Of a stretch of 64,000 nt of DNA, positions 34,233 to 43,688 are shown one piece after another; positions within the stretch are counted from its first letter, which is position 1, and every line of letters starts with the position of its first letter. The DNA lies in the NCBI GenBank assembly GCA_042216675.1, contig JBDGTS010000009.1, forward strand, positions 1-64,000, written 5' to 3'. The translations under genes were made by a program, and so were the position numbers. The notes beneath the pieces are model-generated. The model was not told the origin of the DNA, did not search any database, and saw only the letters and a program-made list of their open reading frames with translations. Origin of the DNA: Halobacteriaceae archaeon. Lineage in GTDB: Archaea; Halobacteriota; Halobacteria; Halobacteriales; Halobacteriaceae.

Positions 34233-36938
34233 ATGGAATTGCATGGGCGAGACTTGAGTCGGGACATCAGAGAGTTGGGCGACCTTCTCGGGTCCGTGAT
34301 GCAGGAGCAGGCGTCCGAGGAGGCCTTCGACGCGGTGGAGACGATTCGCACCGAGAGCATCGCCTACCGACAGGGCGACGCCGAGAGCAGGGAGGCAGTT
34401 CGGGAGCGACTCGCCGAGAACGACGAGGCCACGAACGCCGCCGTCGCGCAGGCGTTCACGACGTACTTCGTTCTCACGAACCTCGCCGAGGAGCGAGAAC
34501 GCATCAGAGCCATCCGTCGGGGCGAACAAGAGGAGGACATTCCGGACAGCGTCAGCGAGGCCGTCTCCGAACTCGCGGCCCGCGGCGCGGACCCCGACAC
34601 GGTTGAGGACGTTCTCGAAGACGTGCTGATTCAGCCGACGTTCACCGCGCACCCGACGGAGGCGCGACGGAAGACCGTGAAAGCGAAGTTGCGGAGCGTC
34701 AGCCGCCTGCTCGAAATCCTCGACGAGCGACGCCTCACTGACGACGAGCGTGCCGACCTCGAACGCGACCTCGAAGCCGAGGTGGTGAGCCTCTGGCAGA
34801 CCAAGCAGATTCGGGACCGCAAACCCGAACCCCTCGACGAGGCGCGGAACGTCCAGTGGTACCTCGAGAACACGCTCTTCGACGTCATCTACGCCCTCTA
34901 CGAGGAACTGGAGGAGAGTCTCGCGGACGAGTACGCCGAGCAGATAGACGTCCCCACCGTCTTCGAGTTCCGGTCGTGGGCGGGCAGTGACCGGGACGGC
35001 AACCCCTTCGTCACCCCGGAGGTGACGACCCAGACCCTCGAACGGCAACGCGACGTGGTGCTGGCGCGCTACCGCGACAAACTCGAAGACCTCTCGGGCG
35101 TGTTGAGTCAGGACGCGGACGCCATCGAGGCCGGCGCGTCCTTCGAGGCGGCGTTCGCGGACGCCCGCGAACGGCTTCCCCACGTCGCGGAGACGGCCGC
35201 CGAACGGTATCCCGACGAGCCGTACCGCCAACTGCTCGCGCTGATGCGCTCGCGGCTGGACCGCGTGACCGACGTCCGCCCCGAGGGCTACGAGGGGCCC
35301 GCGGAACTGAAAGCCGACCTCGACGCCATCGCCGAAAGCCTCCGCGAGACGGGGGCCGAGAGCATCGCCGCGTCCCACGTGGACCCGCTCCGACGACAGG
35401 TGGACACCTTCGGCTTCTCGCTGGCGAGTCTGGACCTTCGGGACCATCAGGAGATGCACACGACGGCGGTGGCCGAGGCCCTCGAACGCGAGGGCATCGA
35501 CTACCGGAGTCTCGACGAAGAGGAGCGCATCGAACTGCTCACGGACGCCGTCCTGCAGGACGAGCGACTGGTGGACCCGGCGACGGTGGCCGACGAGGCG
35601 CCCCTCTCGGACGACGCCGCGCGCGTCTTCGAGCGCTTCGACTCGCTGGCGGACTGGCAACGCGAGTTCGGCGCGCAGGCCATCGACACGTACTGCATCA
35701 GCATGAACGACGAGCCGAGCCACGTCCTCGAAGTCCTCTTCCTCGCCGACCAAGCGGGCGTCGTGGACCTGCCGGACTACTGTGGGCTCGACATCGTGCC
35801 CCTGCTGGAGACGGAGTACGCGCTCTCGGGCGCCGACCGCATCATGGGCACCCTCTTCGAGAACGAGGCCTACAGCGCGGCGCTGGCGGCCCGCGGCGGC
35901 ACCCAAGAGGTGATGCTGGGGTACTCGGACTCGAACAAGGAGAACGGCTTCCTCGCGGCGAACTGGGACCTGTACCAGAATCAGCGCCGCCTCGGTGAAA
36001 TCGCCGACGACCACGACGTGGGGCTGCGCCTGTTCCACGGCCGCGGCGGTTCCATCTCGCGCGGCGGCGGCCCGATGAACGAGGCGCTGTTGGCGCTTCC
36101 CCCGGAGACGGTCACCGGCGAGGTGAAGTTCACCGAACAGGGCGAGGCCATCGCCGAGAAGTACGCCAATCCGCGCATCGCGGAGCGGGAACTGGAGCAG
36201 ATGCTGAACGCGCAGGTCAGGGCGCGCTACGACGCGATGGAGGACTCGACGACGACGGTGCCCGACGAGTGGACGGGGGCCATGGACACGATGGCCGAGG
36301 CGGCCCGCGAGGAGTACCGGGACCTCCTGAACACCGATGGCTTCCTCGACTACTTCGAGCAGGCGACGCCCATCACCGTCATCGAGGACCTCAACCTCGG
36401 CTCCCGGCCCGCCTCGCGGAGCGGCGAGCGTCAGGTCGAGGACCTGCGCGCGATTCCGTGGGTGTTCTCGTGGACGCAGTGTCGCTGTATCCTGCCCGGT
36501 TGGTACGCGCTCGGCACCGGCGTCGACGCGTATCTCGACGACGGTGGCTCCGTCGAGACGCTTCGGGAGATGTACCAGAACTGGCCGTTCTTCCGGACGA
36601 CCCTCGACAACGCGGCGCTGTCGATGGCCCGCACCGAGATGGACGTGGCCGGCGAGTACGCGGACCTCGCGGGGCCGGCGCTCCGGGAGCGCTTCTTCGA
36701 GCGGATGCGCGACGAACACGAGCGAGCGTGCGACGTGGTGCTCGACGTCGTGGACCGCGATCACCTCGTGGACCGGCCGTGGCTTCGGGAGAGCCTCGAA
36801 CGCCGCAATCCCTACGTGGACCCGCTGAACCTCCTGCAGGTCCAACTGCTCGACGCGGTCCACCGGACTGACGCCGCCGAACGGGCGCTACGGCTCACGG
36901 TGAAAGGCATCGCGGCCGGGATGAAAAACACCGGTTAG
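34233..36938 (+). CDS. ppc: Phosphoenolpyruvate carboxylase, bacterial/plant type
   Basis: FTAHPTE, SWAGSDRDGNP, VMLGYSDSNKE, FHGRGGSISRGG, LRAIPWVFSWTQ, GMKNTG. Confidence 0.97.
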   Translation: MELHGRDLSRDIRELGDLLGSVMQEQASEEAFDAVETIRTESIAYRQGDAESREAVRERLAENDEATNAAVAQAFTTYFVLTNLAEERERIRAIRRGEQEEDIPDSVSEAVSELAARGADPDTVEDVLEDVLIQPTFTAHPTEARRKTVKAKLRSVSRLLEILDERRLTDDERADLERDLEAEVVSLWQTKQIRDRKPEPLDEARNVQWYLENTLFDVIYALYEELEESLADEYAEQIDVPTVFEFRSWAGSDRDGNPFVTPEVTTQTLERQRDVVLARYRDKLEDLSGVLSQDADAIEAGASFEAAFADARERLPHVAETAAERYPDEPYRQLLALMRSRLDRVTDVRPEGYEGPAELKADLDAIAESLRETGAESIAASHVDPLRRQVDTFGFSLASLDLRDHQEMHTTAVAEALEREGIDYRSLDEEERIELLTDAVLQDERLVDPATVADEAPLSDDAARVFERFDSLADWQREFGAQAIDTYCISMNDEPSHVLEVLFLADQAGVVDLPDYCGLDIVPLLETEYALSGADRIMGTLFENEAYSAALAARGGTQEVMLGYSDSNKENGFLAANWDLYQNQRRLGEIADDHDVGLRLFHGRGGSISRGGGPMNEALLALPPETVTGEVKFTEQGEAIAEKYANPRIAERELEQMLNAQVRARYDAMEDSTTTVPDEWTGAMDTMAEAAREEYRDLLNTDGFLDYFEQATPITVIEDLNLGSRPASRSGERQVEDLRAIPWVFSWTQCRCILPGWYALGTGVDAYLDDGGSVETLREMYQNWPFFRTTLDNAALSMARTEMDVAGEYADLAGPALRERFFERMRDEHERACDVVLDVVDRDHLVDRPWLRESLERRNPYVDPLNLLQVQLLDAVHRTDAAERALRLTVKGIAAGMKNTG

Positions 36939-37546
36939 ATGTCGCCCCGTCGAGCCTTCCGACGGAGGAACAGATAGAACAGGAGCGGCGAGAGGACGCC
37001 GAGGCTGATGAAGCCGCCGAGGGTCAGCAGGCTATCGGGCTGGTCGAGGAGGCTCCCGCCACCCCCGTGGCCGCCCGACGAAATCTCCGCGTCACCGACG
37101 ACGATGGCGCCCTTCATCCCCATGCTGCGGTGGGGTTCGCAGTAGTACTTGTAGACGCCCGCCGTCTCGAACGTGTGCGAGGTGGTGTAACCGCTGTTGT
37201 GGATGTCGGACACGTCGCTCCAGCTGGTGCCCTCCGGCGCGGACTCCATCAGAATGCTGTGGGTGTTCGAGACCCACTCGAAGGTGACCTCGGTGCCGGG
37301 GTCGACGCGGACGGCCGCCGGACCGAAGCCGACCGGACTGCCGCCGTTGTCGACGCCGACTTCGATGGTCACCGAGTCCTGTCCCGTGCGGTCCACGAGG
37401 CCGTCGTAGTTGTCGACGCCCTCGAACCAGCCGTCGAACGCCTGTGCCACGGCGGTCCCCGCACCGGCCGCGATGCCGGCTCCGACCGCCCCGGCACCGG
37501 CGGCCCCACGGAGGAAGCCTCGTCGTCCGGTCGTGCGCTCGTCCAT
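36935..37546 (-). CDS. Halocyanin (blue copper protein) with Tat signal and C-terminal membrane anchor
   Basis: RRGFL Tat motif, H..., YYCEPHRSMGMKGAI cupredoxin ligands, C-terminal TM. Confidence 0.9.
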   Translation of the reverse strand: MDERTTGRRGFLRGAAGAGAVGAGIAAGAGTAVAQAFDGWFEGVDNYDGLVDRTGQDSVTIEVGVDNGGSPVGFGPAAVRVDPGTEVTFEWVSNTHSILMESAPEGTSWSDVSDIHNSGYTTSHTFETAGVYKYYCEPHRSMGMKGAIVVGDAEISSGGHGGGGSLLDQPDSLLTLGGFISLGVLSPLLFYLFLRRKARRGDI

Positions 37547-37613
37547 AGGTGACCGTTCCCGTGGCTGTTCTTAAAGAGTGTCGAAACCGCGCTCGCGCCG
37601 AAAAATCGCCGAT

Positions 37614-38588
37614 TTAGGCCGCCGTCTCGGCCGCCTCGAGCAGTTCCTGATACCGGTTTCGGATGGTGACCTCGCTCACGTCCGTCACGTCGCTCACGTC
37701 GCTTTGGGTCACCTTCTGGTTGGTGAGCAGGGCGGCCGCGTAGATGGCGGCGGCGGCGAGGCCGACCGGACTCTTGCCGCTGGTGACGCCGGCGTCCTGC
37801 CCCTGTCGGAGCAGTTCGCGGGCGCGGCGCTCGACTTCCTCGGACACCTCGAGTTCCGAGACGAACCGCGGGACGTAGCTCGCGGGGTCCGCGGGCTGGA
37901 CTTCGAGGCTGAGTTCGCGGACGATGTAGCGGTAGGTCCGCTTGAACTCCATCGGGTCGATGCGGCTCACGGCCGCCACCTCGTCGATGCTCCGGGGGTT
38001 GTTCATCTGACGGGCCGCGGCGTACAGCGAGGCCGTGGCGACGCCCTCGATGGAGCGGCCGGGCAGGAGGTCCTCCTTCAGCGCGCGGCGGTAGATGACC
38101 GAGGCCGTCTCTCGGACCTCGTCCGGAAGGCCGAGCGACGACGCCATGCGGTCGATTTCGCCCAGCGCCTGCTTGAGGTTGCGCTCCTTGGAGTTGCGCG
38201 TGCGGAAGCGCTCGTTCCACGTGCGCAGGCGCTGCATCTTCTGGCGCTGCTTGCTCGACAGCGAGTTGCCGTAGGCGTCCTTGTCCTGCCAGCCGATGTT
38301 GGTCGAGAGCCCCTTGTCGTGCATCATCTTCGTCGTCGGGGCGCCGACGCGGGACTTCTGGTCTTTCTCCGCGGAGTCGAAGGCGCGCCACTCGGGGCCG
38401 CGGTCGATGTCGTCCTCCTCGACCACGAGGCCACAGTCCTCACAGACCGTCTCGCCGCGCTGTTCGTCGCTCACGAGGTGGCCGCCACACTCCGGGCAGA
38501 CGAACTCCTCGTCCTGCTCCGTCGTTTCCTCGTCGCTCGTTACGTCGGCTCGCTCCTCGCTGTAAGATCGGATTGTTGTATCGCTCAT
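37614..38588 (-). CDS. tfb: Transcription initiation factor IIB
   Basis: CPECG...CEDCG Zn ribbon, GPEWRAF, HDKGLST, two cyclin repeats (GRSIE, GKSP, EVTIRNRY). Confidence 0.97.
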   Translation of the reverse strand: MSDTTIRSYSEERADVTSDEETTEQDEEFVCPECGGHLVSDEQRGETVCEDCGLVVEEDDIDRGPEWRAFDSAEKDQKSRVGAPTTKMMHDKGLSTNIGWQDKDAYGNSLSSKQRQKMQRLRTWNERFRTRNSKERNLKQALGEIDRMASSLGLPDEVRETASVIYRRALKEDLLPGRSIEGVATASLYAAARQMNNPRSIDEVAAVSRIDPMEFKRTYRYIVRELSLEVQPADPASYVPRFVSELEVSEEVERRARELLRQGQDAGVTSGKSPVGLAAAAIYAAALLTNQKVTQSDVSDVTDVSEVTIRNRYQELLEAAETAA

Positions 38589-38660
38589 GATGGGTTTCAG
38601 TCGGCCGATGGGGCAGAAATAAGCGTCCCCATCGCCCGTCTCGCTATCCTATTGTAAGAC

Positions 38661-38682
38661 CGAAACGCATATAAACCTTTCG
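38661..38682 (-). promoter_or_regulatory. tfb promoter (BRE CGAAA plus TTTATATG)
   Basis: Minus strand reads CGAAAGGTTTATATG, which implies a 5' UTR of about 55 nt. Confidence 0.6.
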
Positions 38683-38771
38683 CTCCCTGTGGGAGACAAT
38701 AACACGGTATGAGGAGCTGAGAGGCCCGGATACGCCAGAAATTACCTCTGCGCATCCAGCGAAACGCTTTA

Positions 38772-39203
38772 CTACCCTCGTTCGGCTTGCTCGGCGATGG
38801 CGGCGAGGCTGTCGTCGGGGCCGCTGTAGTCCTCGTACGTCGCTCGCTCGCCCGGTGCGCGGAGGCCGTAGCGACTGCCGCGGTCCACCACGTCGAGGTG
38901 GACCGTCCGGCCGTAGTCGAGGTCCCGGTCCTCGATCCACTCCGCGAGGCGGTTCGTCGCGTCCGATGGATTTCTCGCCGCCTTCGGCGTGTCGTACGCG
39001 CCGGGGATGGCCACCTCGCCGCTGCTCTCGACGGGACGGGCTCGATACTCCGAACCGTCGAGGACGAGGCGGATCAGGCCGTCCGTGGGCACCGCAGCCC
39101 CATCCGTGGCGGGCACGACGACGCGGGGGCGGTCCACCGGACCGCTTCGCTCGACAGTCGCGTCGACTGTCTCGACGGCCTCGTGGGAGACGCGTCCGGC
39201 CAT
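38772..39203 (-). CDS. Conserved haloarchaeal hypothetical protein
   Basis: Acidic 143-aa ORF MAGRVSH..., GAYD, YGLRAPGER, DSLAAIA. Confidence 0.7.
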   Translation of the reverse strand: MAGRVSHEAVETVDATVERSGPVDRPRVVVPATDGAAVPTDGLIRLVLDGSEYRARPVESSGEVAIPGAYDTPKAARNPSDATNRLAEWIEDRDLDYGRTVHLDVVDRGSRYGLRAPGERATYEDYSGPDDSLAAIAEQAERG

Positions 39204-39595
39204 CAGTCTCGGTCCTCCCAGCTTTCGAGGAGTTCTTCGAGGGCGATGGCCACCTCGCGGTAGTCCGTCAGCGTCGCGCCGTCTGCGGTGACGAAGACTC
39301 CCTTGCGCTGGGTCGTCACACGGAGCAGGTAGCCGTTCTCGAAGCCCCGGAGCGTGAATTCGTAGCGGCCGAGTTCCGACTGGCCGTAGGCGGCTTGGGT
39401 CGTCTCGAAGCCGCGCCACTCGTGACCGATGAAGTCGCTGAGGTCGGCGTCCTGCTCCAAGTCCTCGCGGAGGTACACCTGCTCGTAGTCGTCGTGCGTG
39501 AAGAACGTGATCGAGCGCACGCGGTCGCCGAGCCCAGTTCGTGCGGTCGAAATCAACTGTTCGGCACCCTCCTCGGCGATGAGGTCGTTTTCCAT
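39203..39595 (-). CDS. Conserved haloarchaeal hypothetical protein (DUF7522-like)
   Basis: GDRVRSITFF...QVYLREDLE, FENG, GVFVTAD. Stop/start overlap with the next gene. Confidence 0.72.
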   Translation of the reverse strand: MENDLIAEEGAEQLISTARTGLGDRVRSITFFTHDDYEQVYLREDLEQDADLSDFIGHEWRGFETTQAAYGQSELGRYEFTLRGFENGYLLRVTTQRKGVFVTADGATLTDYREVAIALEELLESWEDRD

Positions 39596-39677
39596 GCGGG
39601 GTCGTTACGGCGGCCCCGACATACTCTTTCCGGCAGAACCGCAACCGCTTTCCCGTGCGGGCGGCCCACTTCCGGCG

Positions 39678-40925
39678 ATGGAGGACCTCGACAGACGGGC
39701 CAAAGAGGTACTCGGCTTCTCCCGGTGGTGGCTCGTCGTGGCGGCGGCGCTGATGATGGCCGTCGTCAGCCCCTACCAGTACGTCTGGACGGCCATCGAG
39801 ACGCCGATTCAGACGCGCCTCGACACGAGTGCCGCCAGCATCGGCCTCGTGTTCACGCTCTTCGTCGTGTTTCAGGCCGGTTCGCAGGTGCCCGTCGGCT
39901 GGTGGCACGACAGACACGGCCCGCGCGAACTCACGGCGCTGGCGGCGGTCCTCGCCGGGGGCGGCTACGTCGCCCTCGCGTCCGCGAGCGCCGTCTGGCA
40001 GGTGTACCTCGCCTACTCGCTGGGCGCTGTCGGCGTCGGTATCGTCTACACGGTGGCGGTCAACACCGCGCTGAAGTGGTTTCCGGACCGCCGCGGCCTG
40101 ACGACGGGCATCGGAACGATGGCGTTCTCGGCGGGAAGCGCCGTCGCGGTGCCGGTGGTGCGAGCCTACGCGACGCCGACGGCCTACGACGACGTGCTGT
40201 GGCCGATGGGCGCGCTCATCTTCGTCGTCGTCCTCGGCGGGGCCGCCGTGATGCGGGACCCCCCACTCGACTGGCGGGAGCGCACCCCCGACGGGGAACC
40301 GACTGACGACGCCGGCCCGTCGTTCGCGCCCCGCGAGATGCTTCGCACCCGGCAGTTCTGGCTCCTGTACGCGATGTTCGTCGCGATGAGCGCCGCGGGC
40401 CTGATGCTCACGGCGAAGGTGGTCCAGTTCGCCAGCCACTACGACCTCGCGGCCGTTCGGATCGTCGGCCTGTCGCTGAACACCGTCACGCTGTCGGCGA
40501 TGCTGTTGCCTCTCGCGGGTGGCGTCGGGCGCCTCGTCGTGGGGGAACTGTCCGACCGCGTGGACAGGCGGCACGCGATGGCCGTCTCGTTTCTCCTGTG
40601 TGGGCTGGGCCTGTTCGCCGTCGTCGCCGCGGGTGAGGCGGGCGCGAGCGCCGTGTTCGTCGTGAGCGTCGTGGCCGCGACGTTCTTCTGGAGCCCGCAG
40701 TTCACGCTGTTCCCGAGTCTCGTCGGCGACTTCTACGGCGCGCGGCACTCCGCGTCGAACGCGGCCCTGCTCTACTCGGCGAAGATATGGGGCGGCGTCT
40801 TCGGCGGCACCGTCGCGGGGTGGCTGGTGACGGTGTCGGACTGGCGGACGACGTTTCTGCTCGGGGGCGCCCTCGCCGTCGCGGCGGGGGTGGCGGCGCT
40901 GGCGCTCCGTCAGCCGACGGCGTAG
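39678..40925 (+). CDS. Oxalate/formate antiporter (OFA)-family MFS transporter
   Basis: YQYVW, DRHGPR, KWFPDRRGL, GELSDRVDR, about 12 TM. Confidence 0.88.
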   Translation: MEDLDRRAKEVLGFSRWWLVVAAALMMAVVSPYQYVWTAIETPIQTRLDTSAASIGLVFTLFVVFQAGSQVPVGWWHDRHGPRELTALAAVLAGGGYVALASASAVWQVYLAYSLGAVGVGIVYTVAVNTALKWFPDRRGLTTGIGTMAFSAGSAVAVPVVRAYATPTAYDDVLWPMGALIFVVVLGGAAVMRDPPLDWRERTPDGEPTDDAGPSFAPREMLRTRQFWLLYAMFVAMSAAGLMLTAKVVQFASHYDLAAVRIVGLSLNTVTLSAMLLPLAGGVGRLVVGELSDRVDRRHAMAVSFLLCGLGLFAVVAAGEAGASAVFVVSVVAATFFWSPQFTLFPSLVGDFYGARHSASNAALLYSAKIWGGVFGGTVAGWLVTVSDWRTTFLLGGALAVAAGVAALALRQPTA

Positions 40926-40961
40926 CGGTTCGCTTTTTGTGGTGCGGCAGAAAGCTCCGAT

Positions 40962-41162
40962 ATGGCGACCGAGAGCGAGGACGACATGAGCCGTACCCGA
41001 GCGACACTGGCGATTCTCCCCTTCCTCGCGCTCGGGCTGTTCGCCGTGGTCCTCCTCCTCGGGTGGGGCCTCCAGCCACTGTGGGCGTTTCTCATCCTGC
41101 CGCCCATCCTCTTCATCTCGGTGCTGGGCTGGATCGCGTTCAAGAACGGCTTCGTCCGCTGA
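40962..41162 (+). CDS. Small 2-TM membrane protein
   Basis: 66 aa with two hydrophobic helices. Fills the gap and overlaps the next gene's stop. Confidence 0.6.
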   Translation: MATESEDDMSRTRATLAILPFLALGLFAVVLLLGWGLQPLWAFLILPPILFISVLGWIAFKNGFVR

Positions 41163-41934
41163 GACCGAGCGTCTCCGGGAGCGCCGAGAGCGAACTGACG
41201 ACGTGGTCCGGGGCCGGCGTAGCCGACTCGGCGTCCGTGCGGTCCGTGACGCCAGACAGGACTAGCGCCGTCTCCATGCCCGCCTCCGCGCCCATGCGCA
41301 CGTCCGTGTCGAGTCTGTCACCGACGAGCAGACACGCCGCCGGGTCGAGGCCGAGGCGGTCCGTCGTCGCCTGCGCGGCGTGCGCGGAGGGCTTTCCGAC
41401 CACCGTCGGCTCCCGGCCGGTCGTCGCCTCGATGGCGCCGAGAATCGCGCCCGACCCGGGGAGCAGTTCCTCGCGACCGGGGATGGTCCGGTCGGGGTCC
41501 GTGCCGACGAAGGCCGTGTCGCCCGTCGAAAGTGCGCGCAGGGCGTCCGTGAGGTCCGCGTAGTCGAAGGCCCGGGAGATAGAGCCCAGAAGCACGTCCG
41601 CCGCGCGCGGGTCGTCGGTGAGCGACACGCCGTCGAGTTGGTCGCGGAGGCCCGACTCGCCGACGACGAACACCGCGGCGTCGGGATGTTTCCGGCGGAG
41701 ATAGGCCCGCGTGATTCCGCCGGCCGTGACGACTTCCTCGGGCGACACGTCGAATCCGAGGGCGTCGAGGTGCGCGGCGACGGCCGCGGGGGAGCGCGTG
41801 GGGTTGTTGGTGACGAAGGCGAGGTCGAGGCCGGCGTCGCGGAGCGCCGTCACCGCCGCCGCGGCGCCCGGAATCGCGTCGTCGCCGCGAACCAGCGTCC
41901 CGTCGACGTCGATGACGGCGCCACGTCGCTCCAT
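41140..41934 (-). CDS. HAD-IIA hydrolase (NagD-like)
   Basis: DVDGT, VTNN, GKP, VGDRLDTD, LVLSG. Confidence 0.9.
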   Translation of the reverse strand: MERRGAVIDVDGTLVRGDDAIPGAAAAVTALRDAGLDLAFVTNNPTRSPAAVAAHLDALGFDVSPEEVVTAGGITRAYLRRKHPDAAVFVVGESGLRDQLDGVSLTDDPRAADVLLGSISRAFDYADLTDALRALSTGDTAFVGTDPDRTIPGREELLPGSGAILGAIEATTGREPTVVGKPSAHAAQATTDRLGLDPAACLLVGDRLDTDVRMGAEAGMETALVLSGVTDRTDAESATPAPDHVVSSLSALPETLGLSGRSRS

Positions 41935-42015
41935 CGCCGGCCCCTTCGCGGCGCCGCGCCTTCAGGCTGGCGTCGAATCGGGACGGAGATAGCCGGCCCG
42001 GGCCACGCATCGTCC

Positions 42016-42309
42016 GTGCCGGTCGGAGCCGCCGCGGTCTGTGCGGTCGTCGCCGCGAAGTTCGCGCTGTTGGGGACGCTCATCTACCGGGGGCACACGG
42101 GTCTCATCGCCGGCTATCAGAGCGGCGGACGCGCGGACGACGCCGCAATCGGCCGGCGGGTGGGTCGGTGGGTCCTCGCACTCGCCGCCGTCACGGCGGG
42201 CCTCGCCGCCCTCGAACTCTCCGGCGGCGCGAGCAACCTCGTCTGGACGGGGGACACGCTGCTCGTGGTGGGGCTCGCAGGATGGCTGAGCGTCGACCTT
42301 CGGGAGTGA
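42016..42309 (+). CDS. Small membrane protein (DUF3784-like)
   Basis: GTG start is uncertain; LIYRG...LIAGY, three hydrophobic helices. Confidence 0.5.
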   Translation: MPVGAAAVCAVVAAKFALLGTLIYRGHTGLIAGYQSGGRADDAAIGRRVGRWVLALAAVTAGLAALELSGGASNLVWTGDTLLVVGLAGWLSVDLRE

Positions 42310-42993
42310 CTACGCGCTGGTGCGATCCTCCGCGGGCAGTTCGGCCAGTACCTCGTCCACGAGGTCCGGGTCGTAGGTGAGAAAGCCGTAGTAACTGTCC
42401 GGTGTCCGCTCCTCGGCGACGAGGGCACACTTCTGCTCGGGGTCACCGTCGCCGTCGAAGGCGACGAACCAGATGGAGGTGAGCGCCGGGTTGCCGATGC
42501 GGTACGTCTCGAAGGGGCCCTCCGGCGGCGACACGTCGGGCGCGGCGTATACGTGAACGTCGAGGTCCACGGATGCGAGACGGCGGTACACCTCGACTTG
42601 CTCCTCGAAGGCGGAGAAGAACTGGAAGCCCGCGTGGAGAGCGCCCGCGCCGACGCGCCACGCTCGGTCCTCGATCTCCCGCGTCGCCGCCAGCATTTCG
42701 TCGGATTCGTAGGAGGTGAACGTCTGCTCGTCGAGGTGGGCGCGCAGGCCGTCGTCGCTCGTGGACTCCGTCACCGACCGGGCGCTCTCCCCTTCGAGTT
42801 CGACGAGGACACCGTCACCGTCGCGGAGACGGACCGAAAGGGGTTTCTCGCCCTCCTCGAACTCGACGGCGACGTTCTCCATCGCGAAGTGAGAGCGCAG
42901 TTCCGCCGCGACGCGCGCCGTCTCGGGCGGGCCGCTGACCACGAGTGTCTTCTCGCGACCTCGAACCTCCGAAACGAGGTCGGACAGAGCCAT
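42310..42993 (-). CDS. DICT sensory-domain protein
   Basis: TREIEDRAW, AGFQ, VHVY, WFVAFDG, ALVAEE, TYDP. Confidence 0.8.
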   Translation of the reverse strand: MALSDLVSEVRGREKTLVVSGPPETARVAAELRSHFAMENVAVEFEEGEKPLSVRLRDGDGVLVELEGESARSVTESTSDDGLRAHLDEQTFTSYESDEMLAATREIEDRAWRVGAGALHAGFQFFSAFEEQVEVYRRLASVDLDVHVYAAPDVSPPEGPFETYRIGNPALTSIWFVAFDGDGDPEQKCALVAEERTPDSYYGFLTYDPDLVDEVLAELPAEDRTSA

Positions 42994-43094
42994 GCCCGAA
43001 TCTTGCCGTCCATCTATTTAATTTTTGATGCCCTTCGCGCTCGGCAACTGTGGCACAAACGATTATGACGATTCATCCCCAATTGTCGAACGCT

Positions 43095-43688
43095 ATGTCA
43101 GGTTCACAACTGCTGATGGTCGTGGGCGACTTCGGCGAGGACTACGAAATCATGGTGCCGTTTCAGGCCCTGAAGGCAGTGGGCCACGAAGTGGATGCGG
43201 TCTGTCCCGAGAAGGAGGCCGGCGAGACGGTCAAGACGGCTGTCCACGACTTCCGGGGCGACCAGACGTACGTCGAGGACCGGGGCCACGACTTCGAACT
43301 CACGGCGACGTTCGACGACGTGGACCCGACGGACTACGACGGCCTCGTCCTGCCGGGCGGCCGGGCGCCCGAGTATCTTCGGAACTACGAGGGCGTCATC
43401 GAGACGGTCCAGCACTTCGACGAGGAGGACAAACCCATCGCGGCCATCTGTCACGCGGCGCAGATTCTCGCGGCGGCGGACGTCATCGAGGGGCGGACTT
43501 GTACAGCTTACCCCGCCCTGAAAGCCGACGTCGAGGGTGCGGGCGGAACGTGGAGCGAGGGCGTCACCGTCGACGAGAACCTCGTGACCGGACAGGCGTG
43601 GCCCGACCACCCCGAGTGGATTGCGGCCTTCCTCGACGTGTTGGGCACCCAAATCGACCACACCGCGCCCGTCGCGGCCGACGACTAA
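43095..43688 (+). CDS. DJ-1/PfpI-family protein
   Basis: GDFGEDYE, LPGGRAPEYLR, AICHA nucleophile, WPDHP. Confidence 0.9.
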   Translation: MSGSQLLMVVGDFGEDYEIMVPFQALKAVGHEVDAVCPEKEAGETVKTAVHDFRGDQTYVEDRGHDFELTATFDDVDPTDYDGLVLPGGRAPEYLRNYEGVIETVQHFDEEDKPIAAICHAAQILAAADVIEGRTCTAYPALKADVEGAGGTWSEGVTVDENLVTGQAWPDHPEWIAAFLDVLGTQIDHTAPVAADD

